A stretch of DNA of 62,531 nt, the filler included, from Actinomycetota bacterium (GTDB lineage Bacteria > Actinomycetota > Acidimicrobiia > IMCC26256 > VFJJ01): the NCBI GenBank assembly GCA_009886115.1. It is 6 parts of 6 records of this genome, joined end to end, with 100 filler letters (N's around TTAATTAATTAA, not from the genome) between each part and the next. Parts side by side here need not be neighbours in the genome. Positions count along the whole stretch, not along the records: positions 1 to 29,709 come from VFJJ01000085.1; 5 more parts are not named here. One strand, written 5' to 3'. The position numbers and the translations under genes are program-made. Shown one piece after another: positions 8,256 through 16,829 of the stretch (position 1 is the first letter of the stretch; the number at the start of each line of letters is the position of its first letter). The notes under the pieces were generated by a model that did not search any database, was not told the origin of the DNA, and was given only the letters and a program-made list of their open reading frames with translations.

Positions 8256-9815
8256 ATGTCGGATCAAACGTCGGTTTTCGGTGCCGCGCTGGAGGGCGAA
8301 GGCCCATCTGGCGCCTTGGCCAAGGACACGAACTGGTGGGGCGCCTTCGTCATCGGGCTCTCGGGCACGCTGCTGGTGATCGCGCTGGTGGGCTTCGCGG
8401 TGGCGTCGCTCGGCGCCGCGTCGATCCTGCTCTTCGTGGGGGTGACTGCCGCCGGAGTGTTGCTGTGCTTCTGCCTGGCCGAGCTGGCCGCGGCCATGCC
8501 CGATCGCACCGGGGGGCTGCCGGCGTACACCTTCGAGACCTTCAAGCCGTTGGGTGAGACGACGGCCAAGCATCTCGGTGGACTGTCGACGTGGGGCTAC
8601 TGGCTGGGCTGGTTCACCGTGGCCCCGATCAACTCCATCTTGGCGGCGTTCTACATCCAGGAGCTGTTCAACATTCCGGCGGGGCGTACCTTCGATCCCT
8701 TCGGCACGACGTTCGGGCTTCCTGTCACGTCGACGCAGTTGATTCTCTCGGCGATCATCATGGTCGGGTTGTTCGTTCCCTGCTGGCTCGGGATCAGGCT
8801 CGGCGCCGGGTTCGCCACCGTCCTCGGCGTGGCCTCGATCGTCCCGCTGCTGCTGCTCATCGTCTTGCCGCTGTTCCAGCCCGGTGACACCGACTTCGGC
8901 CGGCTCTCGGGCTTCAACCTCCCCGACGGGGTCGACGGCTCGTTCGCCCTCATCATCGGGTGGATCTTCATCTTCACCTGGTCGGTGCTGGCCATGGAAG
9001 CGGCTGCGTGCTATGTGGGCGAGTGCCGTGAACCGGCCCGCGACGCCAAGATCGCCATGACCGCCGAAGGTCTCTTCGGGTTCTTCGTGTACGTCGCCCT
9101 GCCGATCATGGTCATCGCCGTGCTCGGCGTCGGCGCCGACCTCGCCAGCATCGACGCCCGGGTGGTGTTCACCGATTACACGACCAAGCTCTTCGGCGAC
9201 TCGAAGTTCTGGGAGTGGTTGGTGGGCCTGACCCTGATCATCGCCCTGATGCTCTCGGTGTTGAACGCCATCATGGGTTGCGGGCGGGGCTTGTACCAGA
9301 ATGCCCACGACGGCATCCTGCCCCGCTGGTTCGGCAAAGCCAACCGCCACGGCTCGCCCAGCTCGGCCATGATCTTCAACCTGGCCTGCTCGGTCGTGCT
9401 GTTGTTCTCGGGCACCCCGCTCGAGATCTACATCTTCTCGAACATGGGGTATCTCTTCGCCGTGGCCCTGTCGCTCGTCGGCTACTTCGTCTACCGCAGC
9501 CGGGGGGCCGCCGATCCGGCCCGGGAGCTGAAGATGCCGGCCTGGATGAGCCCACTGGCCCTGGTGGTCGGGGTGTTCTTCCTCTTCACCTGGATCTACG
9601 GAGGCTGGAAGTCACCCGAGTTCGTTCTCGCCGACACATCCAAGCAGTACCTGTTCTGGCTCGGTTTGGGCCTGCTCGCCCTCTACTTCCCGCTCTACTG
9701 GTGGCGGACTCAGGAAGACAAGCGCGTCGGCTCGAAGGCCTACAACCCCAACCAGCCCAGCGCCAAGCTCGACAAGGCACCGGCGCCGGTCGGGACACCG
9801 GGCGGGGCGTCGTAG
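8256..9815 (+). CDS. APC family amino acid/amine permease
   Basis: ATG at 8256 after GAGGGGG; about 12 hydrophobic segments; AELAAAMPDRTGG, YVGECREPARDAKIAM, GILPRWFGKANRHGSP. Confidence 0.9.
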   Translation: MSDQTSVFGAALEGEGPSGALAKDTNWWGAFVIGLSGTLLVIALVGFAVASLGAASILLFVGVTAAGVLLCFCLAELAAAMPDRTGGLPAYTFETFKPLGETTAKHLGGLSTWGYWLGWFTVAPINSILAAFYIQELFNIPAGRTFDPFGTTFGLPVTSTQLILSAIIMVGLFVPCWLGIRLGAGFATVLGVASIVPLLLLIVLPLFQPGDTDFGRLSGFNLPDGVDGSFALIIGWIFIFTWSVLAMEAAACYVGECREPARDAKIAMTAEGLFGFFVYVALPIMVIAVLGVGADLASIDARVVFTDYTTKLFGDSKFWEWLVGLTLIIALMLSVLNAIMGCGRGLYQNAHDGILPRWFGKANRHGSPSSAMIFNLACSVVLLFSGTPLEIYIFSNMGYLFAVALSLVGYFVYRSRGAADPARELKMPAWMSPLALVVGVFFLFTWIYGGWKSPEFVLADTSKQYLFWLGLGLLALYFPLYWWRTQEDKRVGSKAYNPNQPSAKLDKAPAPVGTPGGAS

Positions 9816-10301
9816 GTGCAGCTCCTCCGCCGCAGCAAGAAGCGGTGGGACGAGCAGCCGACGAGTCCGTGCCACGTGGTGCTGGCCTCGGACGGTCGAC
9901 AGGAGTTCGGCAAGGGGGCGGTCGCCAAGGCGGCCGCCCTCGCCGGCACCGAGCCCGTGGCCGTGCTCACCATCGCCCGGATCTACGGGACGTCGTTCGG
10001 CCTCCCCAACCCGGGTCTCATGCCCACCAAGGCCGAGCTGGCCGAACGTCACGGCTGGGTTGATGCGGCCCTCACTACCCTGCGGCGCAAGGGTCTCGCG
10101 GTCGACGGCCAGGTGGCCTCGACCCGCAAGCCCGGTCGCCTCATCGCCCGGGTCGCGCAAGCCCGCGGTGCGACCGTGGTGGTCATGGAACGCCCCCCGC
10201 CGACGGGTCGAGTCCGCGCCGTCGTCGAAGGCGATCTCTCGCGCGACGTCGCCCGCCGCCTCCGCAACACGTCGATCCGCGTGGAGACCGTCGACCCCTG
10301 A
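9816..10301 (+). CDS. Universal stress protein (USP) domain protein
   Basis: VVLASDG...LIARVAQARGATVVVM...VVEGDLSRDVARR USP pattern; starts immediately after the permease stop (TAG GTG). Confidence 0.7.
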   Translation: MQLLRRSKKRWDEQPTSPCHVVLASDGRQEFGKGAVAKAAALAGTEPVAVLTIARIYGTSFGLPNPGLMPTKAELAERHGWVDAALTTLRRKGLAVDGQVASTRKPGRLIARVAQARGATVVVMERPPPTGRVRAVVEGDLSRDVARRLRNTSIRVETVDP

Positions 10302-10415
10302 GCCGGTGGGGCGCAACGTTTCCGCGATCGCCGCGCTGTGCCCGGTGGCGCCGCCCGCGAGCGCAGCGAGCACCATGGGGGGATCCGGAAGGGGGGAAGG
10401 TCCCCTTCCCCCCAC

Positions 10416-11768
10416 CTAGAACAGCGTCAGGTATCGGTCGACTTCCCAGGCGCTGACGACGGAGTGGTAGGCGGCGAACTCGTCGCGCTTGGTCTGGACG
10501 TAGTAGTCGATGTAGTCGCCGTGGGGAGTGCGGCCGAGCGCCGCTCTCAGCACATTGTCGGTGGCCAGATGGTCGACGGCGTGCAACAGGGTCGGGGGCA
10601 TCGACGTGATGCCTCTGGCGGCGATCTCGGCGGCGGGAAGCGTGTACAGGTTGTCGCGGTTGGGCGGGCCGGGGTCGAGCTTGCGCTCGACACCGTCGAG
10701 CCCGGCCGCCAACAGCGCGGTCATGGCCAGATAGGGGTTCGCCGCGCCGTCGGCGCCGCGGAACTCGAAACGACCACCCTCGGGCACCCTGATCATCTGG
10801 GTCCGGTTGTTGCCGCCGTAGGTGGCATAGGCGGGCGCCCAGGTGGCCCCGGAGTTGGGGGCACCGACGCCCATCCGCTTGTAGGAGTTGACGATGGGGC
10901 AGGTGACGGCCACCAACGCGCGAGCGTGGTCGATGACCCCGGCCATGAACTGGGTACCGAGGCTCGACAGGCCCAGCCCGGTGGGATCGTCATGAGCACC
11001 CGCATCGAACATGTTGTCACCGTCGCTCCAGAGCGACGAGTGCATGTGCAGCCCGTTCCCGGTGAGGTTGGCGAAGGGCTTGGGCATGAACGTCGCGGCC
11101 ATGCCGGCCCGGTGCGCCAGGGTGTGGACCATGTAGCGGAAGAAGATCAGGCGGTCGGCGGTGGTGAGCGCGTCGGCGTACTTGAAGTTCTGCTCGAACT
11201 GGCCGTTGGCGTCTTCGTGGTCGTTGGCGTAGTTGGTCCAGCCGAGCTGGTTCATGTAGCGCGACACCGTGGTGAGGTGGTCGTACATCCGGCTCAGGCC
11301 CTTGGCGTCGTAACACGGCGCCGCCGCGGTGTCGAGCGGATCGGCCAGCTCGATGCCGCCACCATCGCGCCGGCGCACGAGGAAGTACTCGGCCTCCACG
11401 CCCACGTTGAACGTCAGTCCGGCCTCGAGCCGCTCCAGCTGGCGCTGGAGGATCACCCTCGGACTGTAGGGCCACAGCTCACCGTCGACGGCGACGTCGC
11501 AGTGCACGACGGCGAGCCCATCCTGCCATGGCACCTTGGTGTAAGACCGGGGGTCGGGGACCGCGATCAGATCGGGATCAGCCGGCGATTGGCCCATCGG
11601 GCCGGCTGCGAAGCCCGCGAAGCCGGCACCGCCCATCAGCACGTCCATCGCTGACGACGGGACCAGCTTGGCGCAGGGCTTGCCGTGCATGTCGACGAAC
11701 ATGGCGAAGAAGAACTCGATGTCGTCTTCCTTCGCGCGGGCTTCGAGCTCTTCGCGGCCATCGGACAT
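10416..11768 (-). CDS. gmaS: Type III glutamate-ammonia ligase / gamma-glutamylmethylamide synthetase
   Basis: ATG at 11768: FVDMHGKPCAKLVP, GAGFAGFA, CYD, NDHEDANGQFE, TFMPKPF...GNGLHMH, NSYKR...SGATWAP, GNNRTQMIRVP, DGAANPYLA (GlnT/GmaS pattern); divergent from mgsABC. Confidence 0.88.
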   Translation of the reverse strand: MSDGREELEARAKEDDIEFFFAMFVDMHGKPCAKLVPSSAMDVLMGGAGFAGFAAGPMGQSPADPDLIAVPDPRSYTKVPWQDGLAVVHCDVAVDGELWPYSPRVILQRQLERLEAGLTFNVGVEAEYFLVRRRDGGGIELADPLDTAAAPCYDAKGLSRMYDHLTTVSRYMNQLGWTNYANDHEDANGQFEQNFKYADALTTADRLIFFRYMVHTLAHRAGMAATFMPKPFANLTGNGLHMHSSLWSDGDNMFDAGAHDDPTGLGLSSLGTQFMAGVIDHARALVAVTCPIVNSYKRMGVGAPNSGATWAPAYATYGGNNRTQMIRVPEGGRFEFRGADGAANPYLAMTALLAAGLDGVERKLDPGPPNRDNLYTLPAAEIAARGITSMPPTLLHAVDHLATDNVLRAALGRTPHGDYIDYYVQTKRDEFAAYHSVVSAWEVDRYLTLF

Positions 11769-11810
11769 GGTTTCCGCCTCCTCGACGTTGTTTCCCGGGC
11801 CGTCCACCGA

Positions 11811-11847
11811 GTCCACTGGGACGGATCCAGATTTCCTCACAGTGAAC
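11811..11847. promoter_or_regulatory. Tandem 17-bp operator pair (site 2)
   Basis: ATTTC-CTCACAG-TGAAC (11831-11847) and, 20 bp upstream, GTCCA-CTGGGAC-GGATC (11811-11827), in the gmaS/mgsA divergent intergenic region. Confidence 0.55.
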
Positions 11848-11899
11848 AGCTGTATACCATGAGCAATCACGCTCGCGCCCGGGCGACGGGAGACCCAGC

Positions 11900-12853
11900 A
11901 TGTGTGGAATCGTCGGACTGCACCTCCTCGAGCCTGATCTCGAACCGCGGCTCGGCGCGCTCGTGAGCACGATGCTCGAGGCCATGACCGAGCGGGGCCC
12001 CGATTCGGCCGGCGTGGCCATCTACGTCGACGACCTCGGTGACCCGATCCCCGGCCCGGCCGACGGCCCGCTCGGCGTCGACGGCCTCCCGGGCTCCGAG
12101 CGGGTGAAATACTCCCTGCGGGCCGACGACCCGGCGTTCGACTGGGTGGAGCTCGCCGCCGAGCTCGGTGCCGAGCTTCGGCCGGTGGGCGGGAACGCCG
12201 TGCTGGTGGGTGACGGGGCGATCTGGCCGAGGCTGGAGGCCCTGGCGCCACTGGTACGCGTGGTCTCTGCGGGCCACGCGCTCGAGGTCTTCAAGGACGT
12301 GGGCGCACCGCGTGACATCTGCGATCGCTACGGGGTGCCCGCCCGCTCGGGCTACCAGGGTGTCGGCCACACCCGCATGGCCACGGAGTCGGATGTCACC
12401 ATCGACCACTCGCACCCGTTCTCGCCCGCGCTCGACCTCTGCGTGGTGCACAACGGCAGCTTCTCGAACCACTATTCGGTACGACGCGACCTCGAGCAGC
12501 AGGGCGTGAGCTTCGTGACCGACAACGACACCGAGGTGGCCGCCCGGCTGCTCGCCTTCGAGATGGCCCGGGGCGCCGATCTGGGCGACGCGCTGCGGGC
12601 TCTCATGAAGGTGATGGACGGGTTCTACACGCTGCTCGTCTCGACCCGCGATCAATTCGCCGTGGTGCGCGACGCCTTCGCCTGCAAGCCCGCAGCCATC
12701 GCCGTCACGCCGCAGTACATCGCCATGGCGTCGGAGTACCGGGCCCTGGCCGAGCTGCCCGGTGTCGAGGCGGCCGAGGTCTTCGAACCCATGCCCGAGG
12801 AGATCCACCTCTGGACCCGGGGCGGCGGTCGGTCGATTCGGGAGGCGGCATGA
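11900..12853 (+). CDS. mgsA: N-methylglutamate synthase subunit A (GlxB; class II glutamine amidotransferase-like)
   Basis: MCGIVG Ntn Cys, RGPDSAG, GHTRMATES, HSHPF, VHNGSFSN, NDTEVAA, RDAFACKP. Confidence 0.85.
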   Translation: MCGIVGLHLLEPDLEPRLGALVSTMLEAMTERGPDSAGVAIYVDDLGDPIPGPADGPLGVDGLPGSERVKYSLRADDPAFDWVELAAELGAELRPVGGNAVLVGDGAIWPRLEALAPLVRVVSAGHALEVFKDVGAPRDICDRYGVPARSGYQGVGHTRMATESDVTIDHSHPFSPALDLCVVHNGSFSNHYSVRRDLEQQGVSFVTDNDTEVAARLLAFEMARGADLGDALRALMKVMDGFYTLLVSTRDQFAVVRDAFACKPAAIAVTPQYIAMASEYRALAELPGVEAAEVFEPMPEEIHLWTRGGGRSIREAA

Positions 12854-13572
12854 GCGTTGCCGATCAGACCGTCTCGCAGTCGAGCTCCGCGGCGTCGACC
12901 GTCCTCGACTGTGCCGTGCTGAGCACCCGCGAGATCAACGTGGCGCTCCGGGCGCTCCCCGAGGGTTCCCGGGTCACGATCACCAACCCCAAGGGGCGGC
13001 ACAACCTCGCCGTGGGGCTCATGCACCACCTCGACATCACGATCGACGGCAACGCCGGCTACTACATCGGCGGTCTGTGCGACGGTCCCGACGTCACGGT
13101 CAACGGTTTCGTCGGATGGTCGGTGGGCGAGAACCTCATGCGCGGGACGGTCAGGGTCCACGGCAACGCCAGCGAGTGCGCCGGAGCCACCGCCCACGGC
13201 GGCCACATCGTGATCGAGGGCAGCGCGTCGAGCAGGGCTGCCATCTCGCTCAAGGGCGGGACGATCGCGGTGGCCGGCGACGTGGGCCACATGAGCGCCT
13301 TCATGGCCCAAGCCGGCGTGCTGCTCGTGGGTGGCGATGCCGGGGAGGCGCTCGGCGACTCCCTGTACGAGGCCGTGGTCTACGTGGCCGGGAAGGTCCG
13401 CTCGCTGGGCAGCGACGCCCGCGTGAGCGAACTCACCGGGGCCGATGTGGAGTTCGCCCGTGCGCTCGTCGCCCTCGCCGGTTTCGACCACGTCGAGCCT
13501 GAGAACCTCACCAAGGTGGTCTCGGCCAAGGAGCTCTACAACTTCGACGCCCTCAAGGCCCACCACTACTGA
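12850..13572 (+). CDS. mgsB: N-methylglutamate synthase subunit B (GlxC; GXGXG beta-helix)
   Basis: REINVALR, GNAGYYIGG, GENLMRG, AISLKGG, GHMSAFMAQAG, GDSLYE, SAKELYNF; ATGA overlap with mgsA. Confidence 0.85.
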   Translation: MSVADQTVSQSSSAASTVLDCAVLSTREINVALRALPEGSRVTITNPKGRHNLAVGLMHHLDITIDGNAGYYIGGLCDGPDVTVNGFVGWSVGENLMRGTVRVHGNASECAGATAHGGHIVIEGSASSRAAISLKGGTIAVAGDVGHMSAFMAQAGVLLVGGDAGEALGDSLYEAVVYVAGKVRSLGSDARVSELTGADVEFARALVALAGFDHVEPENLTKVVSAKELYNFDALKAHHY

Positions 13573-13573
13573 T

Positions 13574-13616
13574 CCAACCCCACGCCCAACCCCACGCCCA
13601 ACCCCACGCCCAACCC
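13574..13616. repeat. 12-bp tandem repeat (CCAACCCCACGC, about 3.6 copies)
   Basis: Seen directly in the mgsB-mgsC intergenic region. Confidence 0.9.
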
Positions 13617-13638
13617 GGAGTTCTGAGAGGACCCGCTG

Positions 13639-15003
13639 GTGTCTGAGACACCGTCCCATCGCCGCCGCATCCCGTTGCGAGCCAGCCACACGTTCTCGCC
13701 GCAGGTGATCGACCAGATCCACACCATGGCCGAGGAGGGGCGCTACGAGATCAGGGGTTGGGGCGCCAAGCGGGTGCTGCCCACGTTCGACGATCTCGTC
13801 TTCATCTCGGCCTCGGCCTCGCGCTACCCGCTCGAGGGCTATCGGGAGAAGTGCGAGACCCGCACCGTGCTGGGGTCGCGTTTCGCATCGAAGCCCATCG
13901 TGCTCGACATCCCGATCACCATCGCGGGCATGTCGTTCGGCTCGCTGTCGGCCAATGCCAAGGAGGCCCTGGGACGCGCCGCGACGATGGTCGGCACCTC
14001 CACCACCACTGGCGACGGCGGCATGACCCCCGAGGAGCGCCGCGCCTCGAAGCAGCTCGTCTACCAGTGCCTCCCGTCGCGCTACGGCTTCAACCCGGCC
14101 GACCTGCACCGAGCCGACGCCATCGAGGTCGTGATCGGCCAGGGGGCCAAGCCCGGCGGCGGAGGGATGCTGCTGGGCCAGAAGGTGAGCGAGCGCGTCG
14201 CCGCCATGCGCACCTTGCCGGCGGGAATCGACCAGCGCTCGGCCTCGAGGCATCCCGACTGGGTGGGTCCCGACGACCTGTGCATCAAGATCGAGGAGCT
14301 GCGCGAGGCGACCAACTGGGAGAAGCCGATCTACGTGAAGGTGGGGGCGACCCGTACCGAGCACGACGTGAAGCTGGCGGTCGCGGCGGGCGCCGACGTC
14401 GTCGTGGTCGACGGCCTCCAGGGCGGGACGGGCGCGACGCAGGACGTCTTCATCGAGCACGCGGGCATCCCCACGCTGCCCGCGGTGCGCATCGCCGCGG
14501 AGGCCTTGCGCGACATCGGCAAGCAGCACGAGGTTCAGCTCATCGTCTCGGGTGGGATCCGCTCGGGTGCCGACGTGGCCAAGGCCATCGCCCTGGGCGC
14601 CACGGCGGTGTCGATCGGTGTCGCGTCGCTCATCGGGCTGGGTTGCAACCGCTCGGAGTGGTTCTCGCCCGGCGACGGCGCCTGGCACGACGTCACCGGT
14701 GAGTACGAGGCGCTCGGCGCTGCTCCCGGCTACTGCCACCACTGCCACACCGGTCGGTGCCCGGTCGGCATCACCACGCAGGACCCCGAGCTCGAGCGGC
14801 GGCTCGACCCCGAGGTCGGGGCCCGCTGGATGGCCAACTACCTCCGCGCGATGACGATGGAGCTCACGACCCTGGCCCGGGCCTGCGGGAAGTCGGATGT
14901 GCACAACCTCGAACGCGAAGACCTCGTCGCCCTCACGATCGAGGCCGCGGCCATGGCCGGGGTGCCTCTGGCCGGCACCAGCTGGATCCCGGGGAGGATC
15001 TGA
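13639..15003 (+). CDS. mgsC: N-methylglutamate synthase subunit C (GlxD; FMN-binding glutamate synthase family)
   Basis: SRYPLEGYREKC, AGMSFGSLS, TTGDGG, GQGAKPGGGG, RHPDW, DGLQGGTGA, SGGIRSGADVAKA, Fe-S motif CHHCHTGRCPVG. Confidence 0.88.
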   Translation: MSETPSHRRRIPLRASHTFSPQVIDQIHTMAEEGRYEIRGWGAKRVLPTFDDLVFISASASRYPLEGYREKCETRTVLGSRFASKPIVLDIPITIAGMSFGSLSANAKEALGRAATMVGTSTTTGDGGMTPEERRASKQLVYQCLPSRYGFNPADLHRADAIEVVIGQGAKPGGGGMLLGQKVSERVAAMRTLPAGIDQRSASRHPDWVGPDDLCIKIEELREATNWEKPIYVKVGATRTEHDVKLAVAAGADVVVVDGLQGGTGATQDVFIEHAGIPTLPAVRIAAEALRDIGKQHEVQLIVSGGIRSGADVAKAIALGATAVSIGVASLIGLGCNRSEWFSPGDGAWHDVTGEYEALGAAPGYCHHCHTGRCPVGITTQDPELERRLDPEVGARWMANYLRAMTMELTTLARACGKSDVHNLEREDLVALTIEAAAMAGVPLAGTSWIPGRI

Positions 15004-15052
15004 CGCTCGACATCGTCTCAGGCCGAGGGGGGTTTCCTGGGAGGGTTCGAGT

Positions 15053-15069
15053 GTTTCTCCAGAGTGGAC
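15053..15069. promoter_or_regulatory. 17-bp operator (site 3), upstream of soxB/mgdA
   Basis: GTTTC-TCCAGAG-TGGAC; a weaker GTTTC half-site at 15032; TAGGCT -10-like box downstream. Confidence 0.45.
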
Positions 15070-15106
15070 GAGGTAGCGGGTCGTCGGTAGGCTGGCCAGG
15101 TCAGGG

Positions 15107-16510
15107 ATGGCCGCTGAGGGAGGCATCGATCGCATGGCCGACCAGCCATCGGGCACGGGGCATCCCGCCGGTAACGCTCCCGCTCCCAACGCTCCCGCTC
15201 CCAACGCTCCCGCTCCCAAGCCCACGGTGAGAGCCAACGGGAGCAGCGGGAAGGCCCGCTACCCGGCCAAGTATTCGGCCCTGAGCCTGTTCACCCACGG
15301 ACTGCGGGGACGTGATTGGCCCCGCATGTGGCGCCGGCACGAGATGCGCCCGTCCTACGACGTCGTCATCATCGGTGCCGGAGTGCACGGGCTGGCCACC
15401 GCCTACTACCTGGCGGCCAACTGGGGTGTCACCAACGTCGCCGTGCTCGACAAGGGCTATCTCGGCGGCGGCGGTTCGGGGCGCAACACCGCGATCGTGA
15501 GAGCCAACTACCTCACCCCCGAGGGCGTGCGCTTCTACGACCGGTCGGTGAAGCTCTACGAGAACCTCGCCGCCGACCTCAACTTCAACGTCATGTACTC
15601 GCAGCGCGGCCATCTCACCTTGGCCCACAACGACTCGTCGCTGCGCACGATGCGCTGGCGGGCCGAGGTGAACAAGCTCGAAGGTGTCGACTCCGAGGTC
15701 ATCGGGCCCGACGAGATCAAGGAGCTCGTGCCCTACATGGACACGAGCGAGAACACCCGCTATCCCATCCTCGGCGCCCTGTATCACCCGCCTGGAGGGA
15801 TCATCCGCCACGACGCGGTCAACTGGGGGTATGCCCGCGGCGCCGACATCCGCGGCGTGCACATCCACCAGGAGACCGAGGTGGTGGGCATCGACGTCGA
15901 GGCCGGGAAGGTCACCGGCGTTCAGACCAGCCGCGGTCGCATCGCGACGCCGGTCGTCGTCAACTGTACTGCCGGATGGGCGTCGCTGATCTCCGACATG
16001 GCCGGCGTGAAGATGCCGATCATCACCCACCCGCTGCAGGCCGCAGTCACCGAGCCGGTCAAGGTCTTCCTGAACGCGGTCGTCGTATCGGGCACGCTGC
16101 ACGTCTACGTGTCGCAGACCGACCGGGGCGAGCTCGTCTTCGGCGCCAGCACCGACCCCTACGCGTCGTACTCGACCCGGGGCTCGCTCGAGTTCACCGA
16201 GGAGCTCGCCGGTCACATCCTCGAGCTCATGCCCTCGATCTCGAAGATGCGGGTGCTCAGGCAATGGGCCGGCCTGTGCGACATCACCCCCGATTTCTCG
16301 CCGATCATGGGTGTGACGCCCGTCGAGGGATTTCTGGCCGATGTCGGCTGGGGCACCTACGGATTCAAGGCTGGCCCGGTGGCGGGTGAGTCCATGGCTG
16401 AGCTCATCGCCACCGGTGTCACGCCCGAGCTCATCGCCTCGTTCGACCTGGCCCGCTTCGCCGAAGGTCGGCTGGTGGGCGAGAAGGGCGCAGCGGCCGT
16501 CGGCCACTGA
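15107..16510 (+). CDS. soxB: Sarcosine oxidase beta / N-methylglutamate dehydrogenase subunit A (FAD)
   Basis: YSALSL...YDVVIIGAGVHGLATAYYLA, GGGSGRNTAIVRANY, RHDAVNWGYA, LRQWAG, GWGTYGFKAGP, C-terminal EKGAAAVGH; NAPAP x3 in the N-terminal extension. Confidence 0.92.
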   Translation: MAAEGGIDRMADQPSGTGHPAGNAPAPNAPAPNAPAPKPTVRANGSSGKARYPAKYSALSLFTHGLRGRDWPRMWRRHEMRPSYDVVIIGAGVHGLATAYYLAANWGVTNVAVLDKGYLGGGGSGRNTAIVRANYLTPEGVRFYDRSVKLYENLAADLNFNVMYSQRGHLTLAHNDSSLRTMRWRAEVNKLEGVDSEVIGPDEIKELVPYMDTSENTRYPILGALYHPPGGIIRHDAVNWGYARGADIRGVHIHQETEVVGIDVEAGKVTGVQTSRGRIATPVVVNCTAGWASLISDMAGVKMPIITHPLQAAVTEPVKVFLNAVVVSGTLHVYVSQTDRGELVFGASTDPYASYSTRGSLEFTEELAGHILELMPSISKMRVLRQWAGLCDITPDFSPIMGVTPVEGFLADVGWGTYGFKAGPVAGESMAELIATGVTPELIASFDLARFAEGRLVGEKGAAAVGH

Positions 16511-16547
16511 GACGCGAGCAAGTGTCGAGAGACTGCGAGGGAGTCAC

Positions 16548-16829
16548 GTGATCCTGGTGTCGTGTCCGTGGTGCGGGCCGCGCAACTCGTCGGAGTTCCG
16601 GTATGTCGGCGAGTCGAAGGGCCGGCCCGACCCCAACGCGGCCACGCCCGAGGAGTGGCGGCGCTACCTCTACGTGAAGTCGAACCCGGCCGACTGGGCC
16701 ACCGAGACCTGGTACCACCGGGCCGGGTGTCGCCGGTTCTTCGCGGTCGAGCGCCACACCGTCACCAACGAGATCCGCGAGACACGCCGGCCGGCGGCGC
16801 AGCTCCGCCTGGAGGGTGGCGGGTCATGA
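16548..16829 (+). CDS. soxD: Sarcosine oxidase delta / NMG dehydrogenase subunit B (Zn-binding)
   Basis: GTG at 16548: MILVSCPWCGPRNSSEFRY...YLYVKSNP...ETWYHRAGCRRFF...RHTVTNEI. Confidence 0.9.
   Translation: MILVSCPWCGPRNSSEFRYVGESKGRPDPNAATPEEWRRYLYVKSNPADWATETWYHRAGCRRFFAVERHTVTNEIRETRRPAAQLRLEGGGS

Noticed and set aside
10416..11768. Canonical glnA/gltBD ammonia assimilation genes
   Set aside because: The GlnT/GmaS motifs (AKLVP, GAGFAGFA, NDHED, SGATW) and the split glxBCD + sox context fit the N-methylglutamate pathway better.
13574..13616. Tandem repeats here and at 34157-34214 and 58156-58241 as possible CRISPR arrays
   Set aside because: The units are contiguous with no unique spacers, mostly too short, and no cas genes are present.
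12652..15237. 861-aa minus-strand ORF and similar long overlapping ORFs (3641..5371, 6368..8257, 22020..23552, 38519..40303)
   Set aside because: Shadow or off-frame ORFs over well-supported genes; Arg/Gly/Pro-rich with no domain signatures.
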